DNA of 64,000 nt from Candidatus Wolfebacteria bacterium (GCA_016214005.1 JACRPK010000001.1:23823-87822), one strand, 5' to 3'. Counted from the stretch's first letter, positions 20,107-29,213 are shown. Notes: generated by a model not told the origin, from the sequence alone. Numbers and translations: made by a program.

Positions 20107-20434
20107 TCTTTCACCGGAATTTGGAAAGAATTTCAAACAACTTTTCAAAAAATATAGGACATTGGACGATGACCTTGAGAAGTTTAAGGCAATACTTTTA
20201 ACTCACCCAACCGGAGTCGGAACGAACTTCACCATTATCCACTCGGAACAAGCATGCAAGATTGTAAAAGCTCGCATGGCCTGCCGCGCTCTTCGCGACA
20301 GATCTCTGCGCGTCATTTACGCGTATACGGAAAAAAATGACGGATTTTATTTCATTGAGCTATATTTCAAGGGCGAACAGGTAAACGAAACAAGGTCGCT
20401 TATCAAAGGGTTTTTAGGTCAATTTTCAAAGTAA
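20093..20434 (+). CDS. putative RelE/ParE-superfamily toxin
   Basis: 113 aa, ATGA overlap with upstream antitoxin, C-terminal RSLRVIYAYTEKNDGFYFIELYFKGEQ resembles RelE/ParE core; track ORF 20003 start is an upstream extension. Confidence 0.5.
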   Translation: MRKFDLSPEFGKNFKQLFKKYRTLDDDLEKFKAILLTHPTGVGTNFTIIHSEQACKIVKARMACRALRDRSLRVIYAYTEKNDGFYFIELYFKGEQVNETRSLIKGFLGQFSK

Positions 20435-20547
20435 TATCAACGGTGAGGAAGAAGTGAGCACAGAGAACCGAAGGAGATTTTGAAAGAAATTGGGAATGGA
20501 GAGAAAAAATTGAAGTCGACCCTGGGAGAGGTTAAGAAATTTTTATG
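20430..20547 (+). repeat. ~115-bp diverged direct repeat, copy B (degenerate, frame-broken)
   Basis: …INGEEEV…HREPKEILKEIGNGEKKLKSTLGEVKKFL* with internal stop; pairs with 19141-19258. Confidence 0.45.
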
Positions 20548-21339
20548 AGAAAATTGCGAGCTATAATTCTTGGCGTAAAACTCTTGGCTTCTTTGTTTTT
20601 GTTTAAGTTGCGCAAAGAAACTTTTAAGGTGTCTTTAGCGTCTTCAATTTTGCTTCATTTTGCCAAAGCAATAAAATCCGATGTCAGCTTTTCTACTACG
20701 CCAGAACAGCAAAAAAGGATTATTTCTAAATTTGCCAAAATGAGTCGACTAATCAATGACGCGTTGGAATCAGAAAATATATCACAAGAGAAATTGTTTA
20801 AAATTGTTCAAAACAATAGTCAGGAAATGCATGGCGGCGTTGGAGAAATTACTCGTTCATTTTCCGACATTAAATCTATCGTAGCCAAATCACCTCACCT
20901 TAATGAATTCCTAGAAAACGTAGAGAAATCTTGGAAGGCAAATGATTTGCGGAATATCAAATCAAACAGGAGCTCAGAGATATCACATGATAACATTTTA
21001 AAAGCTACCAAAGAGAGCGGTGGATATTTTTTCCTTGCACTTACTTATTTGTTAAATCCGAAAGGGTTGGACGAAGGGATGAAAGAAGCCATATATAATA
21101 GTGGCGTCTGGTTTCAGTTTTTAGATGACTATAGAGATAGAAAAGAAGATATTTCCAAGAAAAATACCCTATTTACTGAGACAAGCGACCCGCATGAAGA
21201 ATTGCTAAAAAAGTATGTGGCGGAATCTATAACAGAAATTAAAAAAGCTATTGGCGAACAGCACGCTCTGATTAGATTTATGGAAAATCTTACCATGCTG
21301 GTACTTTTGCTTGATTTTGCAAAACTTGACTGGAAATAA
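20545..21339 (+). CDS. hypothetical protein (N-terminal TM; FLDDYRDRKED motif)
   Basis: 264 aa ORF with coding periodicity; no confident family. Confidence 0.45.
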   Translation: MRKLRAIILGVKLLASLFLFKLRKETFKVSLASSILLHFAKAIKSDVSFSTTPEQQKRIISKFAKMSRLINDALESENISQEKLFKIVQNNSQEMHGGVGEITRSFSDIKSIVAKSPHLNEFLENVEKSWKANDLRNIKSNRSSEISHDNILKATKESGGYFFLALTYLLNPKGLDEGMKEAIYNSGVWFQFLDDYRDRKEDISKKNTLFTETSDPHEELLKKYVAESITEIKKAIGEQHALIRFMENLTMLVLLLDFAKLDWK

Positions 21340-21340
21340 T

Positions 21341-21850
21341 ATGCCTTACCAAACAAAAAAATCGGTTGAGAAAATAGAAGATAAATCAAAAGATTATCGA
21401 ATTCTTTTCTCGATTTTAAGTGGGTATAATTCGCACATAATAACGATTGTCATGATTGGGCATTTGTTGACAGAACATCTCCTAGACAAAATTATCACTA
21501 CTAAATACAAAAATACGAAAGCGGCTTTGCGGAAAAGTTTTTCGGAAAAATTAAAGATTCTTTATCTAGAATGGCTGCCATTATTTATTTACAAAAACAT
21601 AAAACTTTTGAATAAGGCCAGAAATGATATAGCGCATAACTTGGGTACCAGTGATCACAAACCAATTATCTATATTCCAAAGGGCGAACAGGAAATTCTT
21701 AACATTCCCAGAAGAAAGAATAAAGAAAAGTTTTACTTTAAGCATTTAATAAATACGGTTTTATTTGATTTAGTAAACCATTCTTATCATTCCTTAAAGA
21801 TTTCAGCGGATACAGATTTAAATCATATCTTTCGTTTGAATAGAAAATAA
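21341..21850 (+). CDS. hypothetical protein with hsdS-type 5' leader and HEPN-like Rx4H motif
   Basis: Starts MPYQTKKSVEKIE (diverged copy of shared leader); contains KARNDIAHNL (R-x4-H); ATG 21341 preferred over track 21311. Confidence 0.45.
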   Translation: MPYQTKKSVEKIEDKSKDYRILFSILSGYNSHIITIVMIGHLLTEHLLDKIITTKYKNTKAALRKSFSEKLKILYLEWLPLFIYKNIKLLNKARNDIAHNLGTSDHKPIIYIPKGEQEILNIPRRKNKEKFYFKHLINTVLFDLVNHSYHSLKISADTDLNHIFRLNRK

Positions 21851-21851
21851 T

Positions 21852-22325
21852 ATGTCTTACCCAACAAAAAAATTAGAAGAAATTTCACAATTAGTGCACG
21901 AGGCACTTAAGTGGATTTCTGATAACGATAGCGGGATATGGTCTACATCAGAGTGGAACATTTGCAGTCATTTAAGTGGCCTACTCCGCGAGCGGTTCAA
22001 AGATTTTGATGTGGATGTCGAATTAATAAAGCGCGATGGTCGCCGTCCTGATATTGTCATTCATGGCCGCGGTCACAACGAAAATAATCTGGTTGTTTTT
22101 CAAGTAAAGAAAAAGCCCAGCTATCAAGACATTGTTGAAGATTTAAAAAAGATAACAGAAACATTTTTCGATGAACCATATAAGTATGCTTACGGAATAT
22201 TTATTTCTATTGGAGAACTTCCTGATAAACTTCCAGAATTTGACAAAAGTAAAATACGTATCCATTCCGTAAGCGGGTGGAAATTAATAACGGATGAGGA
22301 GTGGAAAGAAAAGTATCAATTATGA
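21852..22325 (+). CDS. hypothetical protein with hsdS-type 5' leader (MSYPTKKLEEI)
   Basis: 157 aa; shares first ~11 codons with hsdS; remainder unrelated (possible PD-(D/E)xK-like RPDIVIH…VFQVKK, weak). Confidence 0.5.
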   Translation: MSYPTKKLEEISQLVHEALKWISDNDSGIWSTSEWNICSHLSGLLRERFKDFDVDVELIKRDGRRPDIVIHGRGHNENNLVVFQVKKKPSYQDIVEDLKKITETFFDEPYKYAYGIFISIGELPDKLPEFDKSKIRIHSVSGWKLITDEEWKEKYQL

Positions 22326-23206
22326 TTTGGCCAACAAAAAAATTAGGAGAAATTATACGGTATGCTTTCAAGGGCTTGATGCGAGTTATTGCCTCACGAA
22401 AATCTACTATTAGCAACGAAGTGTCAACACCCAAAGTCACTATTCCTATAAGTCAGTCAACTGGGCAAAAAGCGCAAAGGCCAGAAAACGAATTGCCCGC
22501 TCAAGAAACTATCAAAACAGAAGAAGTGGCCGCCAGTTTTTTAATTTGTCCTATTCAGGGTAACGATTCAAGTGGAGCACCTCTTACTCCATACACTGTA
22601 AAAATTAGTGCGGTTTTGGATCATTCTAGCACGGCTATTGATCCCGACAGTAATAGACATTGGGGTAAAAATGCGAAAGACCAAAAAGTTAAAGCTTTCA
22701 ATGGAGAAATAGGAGAAGGTGCGCAATGTCCTCAAGAACCCTGCGGTTATCCCAAAAAAGATGGCGGTGAGTTTTTTCAAAACAAAGAAATTAACTATGT
22801 GGGAGTTTCGTATGATGGCGGGAAAAATACTTTACAATACGACGGTCATGCCGGCTATGATTTTTCGTATCCAAAGTTTACGCCCGTAGTAGCACCGGCA
22901 GATGGCAAATTATATAAAGCTGCGCAGGGCAAAGATCTTATATATGGGGCGAATTGGAATACTGACGGCTCTTTTTATATTGTCCATGAGAATGGTTTTG
23001 TAACATGGTTTCGCCATTGTGAAAAATTAGCCGATTCTTTAGAAACGCAAATCTTAAATGATTTTACACAATTTTGCGCCGTAACGCGGGGCGATGTCAT
23101 TGCTTATGTAGGGAATAAAGGAACGCGTCCAGTCCATCTGCATTTTGAGGTAAGGGATAAAGACGGGGAAATTGTTGATCCGTATAAAGACAAACTATGG
23201 AAGTAG
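22322..23206 (+). CDS. M23 family metallopeptidase with hsdS-type 5' leader (MIWPTKKLGEI)
   Basis: C-terminal LytM/M23 signatures GHAGYDF … HLHFEV; N-terminus shares leader; ATG 22322. Confidence 0.6.
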   Translation: MIWPTKKLGEIIRYAFKGLMRVIASRKSTISNEVSTPKVTIPISQSTGQKAQRPENELPAQETIKTEEVAASFLICPIQGNDSSGAPLTPYTVKISAVLDHSSTAIDPDSNRHWGKNAKDQKVKAFNGEIGEGAQCPQEPCGYPKKDGGEFFQNKEINYVGVSYDGGKNTLQYDGHAGYDFSYPKFTPVVAPADGKLYKAAQGKDLIYGANWNTDGSFYIVHENGFVTWFRHCEKLADSLETQILNDFTQFCAVTRGDVIAYVGNKGTRPVHLHFEVRDKDGEIVDPYKDKLWK

Positions 23207-23210
23207 AATT

Positions 23211-24359
23211 ATGACCTATCCAACAAAAAAATTAGGAGAGGTTGCAGAGGTGATAATGGGGCAATCGCCGCCTTCATCCAGTTACAACGAACAAGGCAAA
23301 GGATTGCCGTTTTTTCAGGGCAAGGCTGAATTTGGGGAGATTTATCCTGCCCCAGTTAAATATTGCTCATCTCCAAGTCGTATTGCTGAGGCGAATGATG
23401 TTTTAATATCTGTCCGCGCACCAGTAGGAAATATCAATATCGCAAGAGAAAAATCTTGTGTCGGTCGTGGTCTCGGAGCTCTCCGTGCAAAAAAGAACAT
23501 TTTAAATCAGATGTTCCTGTTTTATTTCATGAAAAAGAATGAAAATAATTGGTCTCGACTTTTAACTGGGAGCACATTTTCCGCAATCAAGGGAAGTAGT
23601 TTGAAAAACTTTGGAATCCCTCTCCCGCCCCTCGAAATCCAAAAACAAATCGTTGAGCGGTTGGATAAGATTGTTGAGGCGCAGAAATTGAATGACGACC
23701 TCATCCAAAAAGCCGACGAGCTTTTCCAGTCACTTTTACATAAAGAACTCAACCCGGTCGGTAAGGATTGGGATATTAAAAAATTGAGTGAAATTGGAGA
23801 AATTGTTACAGGAAATACTCCATCTACAAAGAACGGCGATTACTGGAATGGAGAATTTTTATGGGCAACGCCAACAGATATTAAAGAGAATACATTTATA
23901 CTTACAGATACGCCAAAGAAATTAAGCCACGAAGGATACGAAAAGACCCGCCCTGTGCCTCAGAACGCGATTCTGGTAACTTGTATTGCTTCTATCGGTA
24001 AAATGGCAATCGCTGGTAAAGAAATGGCGACCAACCAACAGATCAACTCGATAGTATGTAATAAAGACAACGATCCGCTTTTTATATTTTTCTCGCTTCA
24101 AAAAGATAAAAAGAAACTTATATCACTTGGGAAAACTACCGCAGTACCAATAATAAATAAAAGTGAATTTGGACGAATTAAAATTTTCCTTCCCCCTCTC
24201 GAAACCCAAAAACAAATCGTCGCTAAACTTTCCGCGGTTCAGGACTATAAAAAACAGCTTCTTGAGCAAAAAATGAAATTTAAAGAGTTGTTTGATTCTG
24301 CTTTGGCGGAGTCAATGACGAGCGAGAAAAGTCGAAAGTCGTCAGAGTTTTTGATCTGA
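23211..24359 (+). CDS. hsdS: type I restriction-modification specificity subunit HsdS (orphan: no hsdM/hsdR in window)
   Basis: MTYPTKKLGEV start, two TRDs each followed by conserved LPPLE(I/T)QKQIV…L coiled-coil repeat (internal ~24-bp direct repeats at ~23634 and ~24196). Confidence 0.8.
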   Translation: MTYPTKKLGEVAEVIMGQSPPSSSYNEQGKGLPFFQGKAEFGEIYPAPVKYCSSPSRIAEANDVLISVRAPVGNINIAREKSCVGRGLGALRAKKNILNQMFLFYFMKKNENNWSRLLTGSTFSAIKGSSLKNFGIPLPPLEIQKQIVERLDKIVEAQKLNDDLIQKADELFQSLLHKELNPVGKDWDIKKLSEIGEIVTGNTPSTKNGDYWNGEFLWATPTDIKENTFILTDTPKKLSHEGYEKTRPVPQNAILVTCIASIGKMAIAGKEMATNQQINSIVCNKDNDPLFIFFSLQKDKKKLISLGKTTAVPIINKSEFGRIKIFLPPLETQKQIVAKLSAVQDYKKQLLEQKMKFKELFDSALAESMTSEKSRKSSEFLI

Positions 24360-24464
24360 AATAATTTATGGAAATTGAATCAAAACAATAAATTTTAGAA
24401 CGGCAGAAAGAGATTGAGCAGAAATTATATAATTTTAGAAAATATATGATATAATATTATAAAT

Positions 24465-25127
24465 ATGTCGCTCCTTTTTATTCCAAAAAAATACAGCGTG
24501 GAAAGCAAGCGGGAAGCCGTTGCTTCGCTTTTGGAAAACACTGTCCCCGACAGAGATTTTTATCTTTTGGTAATCGGCGCCATTATTCTTGCCTCCTGCG
24601 GAATATTGACTGACAGCATCCCTGTTCTTATCGCGAGTATGATCGTTGCGCCGCTCGCGTATCCGATTCTTTCCATGGCTCTTGCCATACCGGCGCGCGA
24701 CGGAAAACTCTTTCTCCGCTCGCTTTTCATGCTTTTAATTTCAATCGCGCTCGCTATTATCGTTGCTGGATTCTTTTCGTTGTTTGCGAAAAGCTATTTT
24801 GATGTTGCCGAGCGCGTGTTCATCTCCTTTTTCCCGAATGTCTTTTTTGACTTGATGATTGCGATTGTCGCGGGCGTCATTGCCGCTTATGGTCTTATCC
24901 GCGTAAAAGTTGGAGAGGCCATGACCGGTATTGGTATCGCGGTATCGCTTATGCCGCCTTTGGTCGCCACTGGCATCGGCTTGTTTGATCCGGTAAATAG
25001 TCTGGCGTTTCGCGCGGGGAGCATATTTCTTCTAAATGTTGCCGGAATTCTCGCTGGAAGCATGATCACGTTTTTGATTTTCGGTTTGTATAAAGAACGC
25101 GGCGCTATAAAAAATAATTTGAATTAA
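24465..25127 (+). CDS. DUF389-like integral membrane protein
   Basis: 220 aa, 6 TM, Gly/Ala-rich helices; GC noticeably higher than backbone. Confidence 0.45.
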   Translation: MSLLFIPKKYSVESKREAVASLLENTVPDRDFYLLVIGAIILASCGILTDSIPVLIASMIVAPLAYPILSMALAIPARDGKLFLRSLFMLLISIALAIIVAGFFSLFAKSYFDVAERVFISFFPNVFFDLMIAIVAGVIAAYGLIRVKVGEAMTGIGIAVSLMPPLVATGIGLFDPVNSLAFRAGSIFLLNVAGILAGSMITFLIFGLYKERGAIKNNLN

Positions 25128-25128
25128 T

Positions 25129-25428
25129 ATGTTCCAAGAATTCGCAAAATTTTTAAAAGAGTTTAATGTTGTCGCTTTGGCGGTCGCGTTTATCATGGGC
25201 GGGGCTTCAACCGCGCTGGTGAACTCTCTGGTCAAGGACGTGCTCATGCCCATCGCCACGCCATTTATGGGAGCGGAGTCGTGGAAGGAAGCATTGTGGC
25301 ATATCGGTCCGGTTACAATCGCCATCGGTTCATTTATCGCCGAGCTTTTTAATTTCCTTATTCTCGCCCTCATAATTTTTATCATCGTCAAAAAGCTTCT
25401 CAAGATGGAAGAAATGGCGAAGAAATAA
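25129..25428 (+). CDS. mscL: large-conductance mechanosensitive channel MscL
   Basis: 99 aa; FKEFAKFLKEFNVVALAVAFIMGGA…LVKDVLMP… two-TM MscL pattern with charged C-tail. Confidence 0.8.
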   Translation: MFQEFAKFLKEFNVVALAVAFIMGGASTALVNSLVKDVLMPIATPFMGAESWKEALWHIGPVTIAIGSFIAELFNFLILALIIFIIVKKLLKMEEMAKK

Positions 25429-25441
25429 TAAATTAAAAAAT

Positions 25442-25711
25442 ATGACGATAATAAATAAAAAAATATGGCCAGAGTACTTTGATGCTGTGGTATCCGGCAA
25501 AAAGAAATACGAATTGCGTTTAAACGACTTTGATGTACAGGAAGGCGACATTTTGGTATTGGAGGAATGGGAACAGAAAACAAAAAAGTACACCGGAAGA
25601 AAGATTGAAAGAAGAGTTACTTATGTCGGTAAATTTAAAATTGATCAATTATTTTGGACGGAAGATGAAATTAAGGGAAAAGGAATTCAGATTATTTCTT
25701 TAGAAGAATAA
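25442..25711 (+). CDS. DUF3850 (ASCH-like) domain protein
   Basis: KIWPEYFDAVVSGKKKYELRLNDFDVQEGDILVLEEW… matches DUF3850. Confidence 0.6.
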   Translation: MTIINKKIWPEYFDAVVSGKKKYELRLNDFDVQEGDILVLEEWEQKTKKYTGRKIERRVTYVGKFKIDQLFWTEDEIKGKGIQIISLEE

Positions 25712-25724
25712 AATTTAATAAACT

Positions 25725-28157
25725 ATGAAACAAAAAATCACCGGCTTCTTAGTTATAATTTCACTGCTCTTTTCTCCAACATCTTTTATTTTTGCCCAAA
25801 CATTGGATGCAACTGCGCCGACAACTGACACCACGACTGCCACTGAACCAGCTCCTGAACCTGCCACCACGGAGCCGGCGCCGACAACTGATACCGCTCC
25901 GGTTGAAGAAACGGTGGCGCCTCCCGCCGACACCACAGGGCCGGCTTTTATTTCTGTTGCCACTGCTTCATCTTTAGAGACTGAGGCGACAGTGGTGTGG
26001 ACTACCGATGAGCTCGCTTATGGATTTGTGGAATATGGAGAGACGGCAAGCTATGGTCTTTCTACACCAAAGAGCGCTTCGGCGGCAATGGATCACACCG
26101 TGTCGATTACCGGCTTAACCCCCGGCACCACCTATCACTACCGAATTGTCGCGGAAGACGAGAGCGGCAATATAAGTTATTCGCAAGATCGAACCTTGGA
26201 AACAGCTGTGGAGTTGGTCGCTATAGACAATGTTCCGCCGGAAATCACTAATATCTCCGTGGCGAATATAACGACTTCCGAAGCGACGGTAAGCTGGATG
26301 ACCGATGAATTGGCGCAAGGAAAAATAGAATATGGGAAAACCGCCGAGTATGGCGCATCCTCGCTTTTAACTATAGACTACGCCACCGAACACTCCGCTC
26401 CGCTTTTCAATCTTGATCCAGATACGGAGTATCATTATCGCGTAGTCGCGCAAGATGAATCCGGCAATGAGGCAGTTTCTCCTGATGAGATATTTATTAC
26501 TGACGCGGTTCAGACAATAACTCCGACAGAAGAGCCGGTTGTTGCCGAGCCTGAACCGACAGCTACGACAACGCCAGAGACGGACACATCAACTTCTACA
26601 ACAACGGAGAACACAACTACCACAATAACTTTTGCGATTTCTCACGCTGAAACGGCTTCGATTGGAACGTCCACGGCTATTATAATTTGGAAGACGAACG
26701 AACCAGCGACATCTCAAGTATTTTACGGCGCATCGGAAAATTATGCCTCTTCATCAGCTATTGCGATTGATTTGGCTTTATCCCATGAAATAAAACTCGC
26801 CAGCCTCAAATCAGGAACTAATTATTTTTATAAAGTCGTTTCCAAAAATGCTTTCGGCAAGACGATTGAAAAAATAGGGTTTGAATTTAATACGTTGTAC
26901 AAGCAGAAAATAGTTGCCGTCCCGCCGACGATTTCAGGCATTATAGTAGAGTCAATTGGAACATCTACCGCTACTATTGTGTTCAATACGGATATTCCGG
27001 CAGGCGGAAAAATAAATTATGGAATGACTACGGCGTATGAAGAAACAGATGGCGGACATAATTCATTTTTGGTTAATCATAGTCATCCGCTTTCCGGTTT
27101 AAAACCTAATACTACTTATAATTTTGAAACGATAGTTTGGGACAGTTCGGGCAACGAAAGTATTTATGAAAATGTAACATTCGCCACGCTTTCGAAGGCG
27201 GTATCTCTCAAGCCCGAACTCGAATCTGAACCAGTTGCTGTCGCTCCTGCGCCGGCTCCGAGTCAATCGTTCGGCGGCGGAGGCGGACACTATTACGCGC
27301 CGCCAAAAGTCGTCGGTAAGCCGGTCATCACCAAAGTTGACCCGCGAGACAAAGAAGTTCTTTTCGTCTGGCAAAAAGCAAAGCCCGAGAGCGGGCTTAA
27401 AACGGTTATCGTGAAAAGTGAAAACAGTTATGTTGTTTCGCCAACCCAAGGAACGGAAGTCTATCGCGGCAATAGCGGCAGGTTTACGGATATTAATCTT
27501 AATAATAGCCAGAAATATTATTATTCGGTTTTTCGTATGAGTGAGAGCGGAGCATATTCCATTCCGCTTTATTTTACGGTTATACCAAAACAAGACAAAA
27601 CTCAAACTAAAATTATTGCTACGCCGCCGGTGACGCAAAAGACGCCAATTTATACATTTTTCAAAATCCTTTCTCGGGGGAATCAAAATAAGCAGGTAGA
27701 ACATTTGCAGGTTTTGCTCGCGTCCGAATCATCCATATATCAAAAAGGTTTGATTACGGGATATTTTGGCCCCCTCACGGAGCGGGCGGTCAAAATATTT
27801 CAAAAACGCCATAATCTTTCGGCAACTGGAATTGCGGATGCGACAACGCTCAAGAAATTGGAACAACTCGGGAGCATTGAAGCTGTCAAAGACAAGGCGG
27901 ATGTGTATGGCAAGGCTTTGGCAAGGAATTTGACAGTTGGCCGTGCCGGTGGAGACGTGTCGGTATTGCAACAATTTTTAGTTAATGCTGAAGTCTATCC
28001 TGAGGCTTTGGTGACTGGTTATTTTGGGTCTCTTACCAAAGCGGCCGTGGCAAAATTTCAAAAAGATCAGAATATAAGTCCGGCATCAGGATATTTCGGT
28101 CCTATTACAAAAAAACGCATGCTGAATTTGATCCGCCTCAGGAGCGTTTCATTTTGA
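25725..28157 (+). CDS. secreted cell-wall-binding protein: signal peptide, Thr/Pro-rich linkers, 4 Fn3-like repeats, 2 C-terminal peptidoglycan-binding (PG_binding_1) domains
   Basis: N-terminal signal peptide; repeated blocks GTTYHYRIVAEDESGN / DTEYHYRVVAQDESGN / GTNYFYKVV / NTTYNFETIVWDSSGN; two ~55-aa repeats LQxxL…TGYFG(P/S)LT…A…KFQK. Confidence 0.7.
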   Translation: MKQKITGFLVIISLLFSPTSFIFAQTLDATAPTTDTTTATEPAPEPATTEPAPTTDTAPVEETVAPPADTTGPAFISVATASSLETEATVVWTTDELAYGFVEYGETASYGLSTPKSASAAMDHTVSITGLTPGTTYHYRIVAEDESGNISYSQDRTLETAVELVAIDNVPPEITNISVANITTSEATVSWMTDELAQGKIEYGKTAEYGASSLLTIDYATEHSAPLFNLDPDTEYHYRVVAQDESGNEAVSPDEIFITDAVQTITPTEEPVVAEPEPTATTTPETDTSTSTTTENTTTTITFAISHAETASIGTSTAIIIWKTNEPATSQVFYGASENYASSSAIAIDLALSHEIKLASLKSGTNYFYKVVSKNAFGKTIEKIGFEFNTLYKQKIVAVPPTISGIIVESIGTSTATIVFNTDIPAGGKINYGMTTAYEETDGGHNSFLVNHSHPLSGLKPNTTYNFETIVWDSSGNESIYENVTFATLSKAVSLKPELESEPVAVAPAPAPSQSFGGGGGHYYAPPKVVGKPVITKVDPRDKEVLFVWQKAKPESGLKTVIVKSENSYVVSPTQGTEVYRGNSGRFTDINLNNSQKYYYSVFRMSESGAYSIPLYFTVIPKQDKTQTKIIATPPVTQKTPIYTFFKILSRGNQNKQVEHLQVLLASESSIYQKGLITGYFGPLTERAVKIFQKRHNLSATGIADATTLKKLEQLGSIEAVKDKADVYGKALARNLTVGRAGGDVSVLQQFLVNAEVYPEALVTGYFGSLTKAAVAKFQKDQNISPASGYFGPITKKRMLNLIRLRSVSF

Positions 28158-28302
28158 TTGATTAGGATGTTCAGTCAAACGCTCGGAAGTCAGAGAGAGG
28201 GGCGAGCCGAATTGTATTAATAAAATAGCCCCATCAAGGTTATTTTATTTTGCGGTAAAAATTGGTAAAATATAGAAATCATTTTAAATTTTTTTATGGA
28301 TA

Positions 28303-29112
28303 TTGATTGGACTGTATATTGTTAAATTAATAAAAGCTGTTCAAATGGATTTTAGAGAAAAAGTTTTTAAAATCGTTTCTCATATCTCAAAAGGAAATTT
28401 TTTAACTTATAAAAAAGTTGCTGAATTGGTAGGCGAGCCGAAGGCTTATCGGGCGATTGGAAATATTTTAGCGAAAAATAGAAACATAAAAATTCCTTGT
28501 TATCGCGTTATAAGAAACGATAATTTAGTAGGGGGATTTTATGGCGACAAAAATCTTGATTGGCAAAAAACGGCAAGACTTTTAAAAGACGGCGTTATGG
28601 GCGTAATTCCCACAGACACAATTTACGGAATTTGCGCTTCAGCTTTAAATAAAAAATCGGTTGAAAAAGTTTATAAATTAAGGAAAAGAAATCCTAAAAA
28701 GCCGATGATTATTTTAATAAGTTCTTTTGATGATTTAAAATTGTTCGGCGTTGGAATTGATAAAAAAAGAAAAGCGATACTGAAAAAATTTTGGCTTCAA
28801 GGAAAACGATTGAGAAAAATAAGCGTTATTTTAAAATGTCCGCTTAAAAAATTCGCTTATCTTCATCGCGAAACAAAAACTTTGGCTTTCAGATTGTCGA
28901 AAAATAAAGAACTTATCAAAATTTTAAAAATATCCGGACCATTGGTTGCTCCAAGCGCCAATTGGGAGGGTTATAAGCCGGCGCAAAATATCAGTCAGGC
29001 GAAAAAATATTTCGGCGGTAAAGTTTTTTATTTTGACAAAGGAAAGATTATTTCTAAGCCATCGATGCTGGTTGATTTGACAAGCTTGCCGCCTAAAATT
29101 TTACGCAGCTAG
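28303..29112 (+). CDS. fusion protein: MGMT-family DNA-binding domain + L-threonylcarbamoyladenylate synthase (YrdC/Sua5/TsaC) domain
   Basis: N-domain FREKVFKIVSHISKGNFLTYKKVAELVGEPKAYRAIGNILAKN…IPCYRVI (PCHR-like PCYR); C-domain GVIPTDTIYGICASALNK…KLRKRNPKKPMIILI (YrdC signature). Confidence 0.65.
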   Translation: MIGLYIVKLIKAVQMDFREKVFKIVSHISKGNFLTYKKVAELVGEPKAYRAIGNILAKNRNIKIPCYRVIRNDNLVGGFYGDKNLDWQKTARLLKDGVMGVIPTDTIYGICASALNKKSVEKVYKLRKRNPKKPMIILISSFDDLKLFGVGIDKKRKAILKKFWLQGKRLRKISVILKCPLKKFAYLHRETKTLAFRLSKNKELIKILKISGPLVAPSANWEGYKPAQNISQAKKYFGGKVFYFDKGKIISKPSMLVDLTSLPPKILRS

Positions 29113-29116
29113 AATA

Positions 29117-29145
29117 TTGACAAAGCTTATTTTTTTGATATATTT
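29117..29145 (+). promoter_or_regulatory. candidate promoter (TTGACA-16-TATATT) with long 5'UTR for cold-shock gene
   Basis: TTGACAaagcttatttttttgaTATATT; ~70-nt leader typical of csp genes. Confidence 0.4.
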
Positions 29146-29213
29146 AAAAAATAAATGGACCAGGAGGCGTAGTCGAGTTTCTAGGTAAATAAAAAATAAT
29201 AAAAAATAATCAC

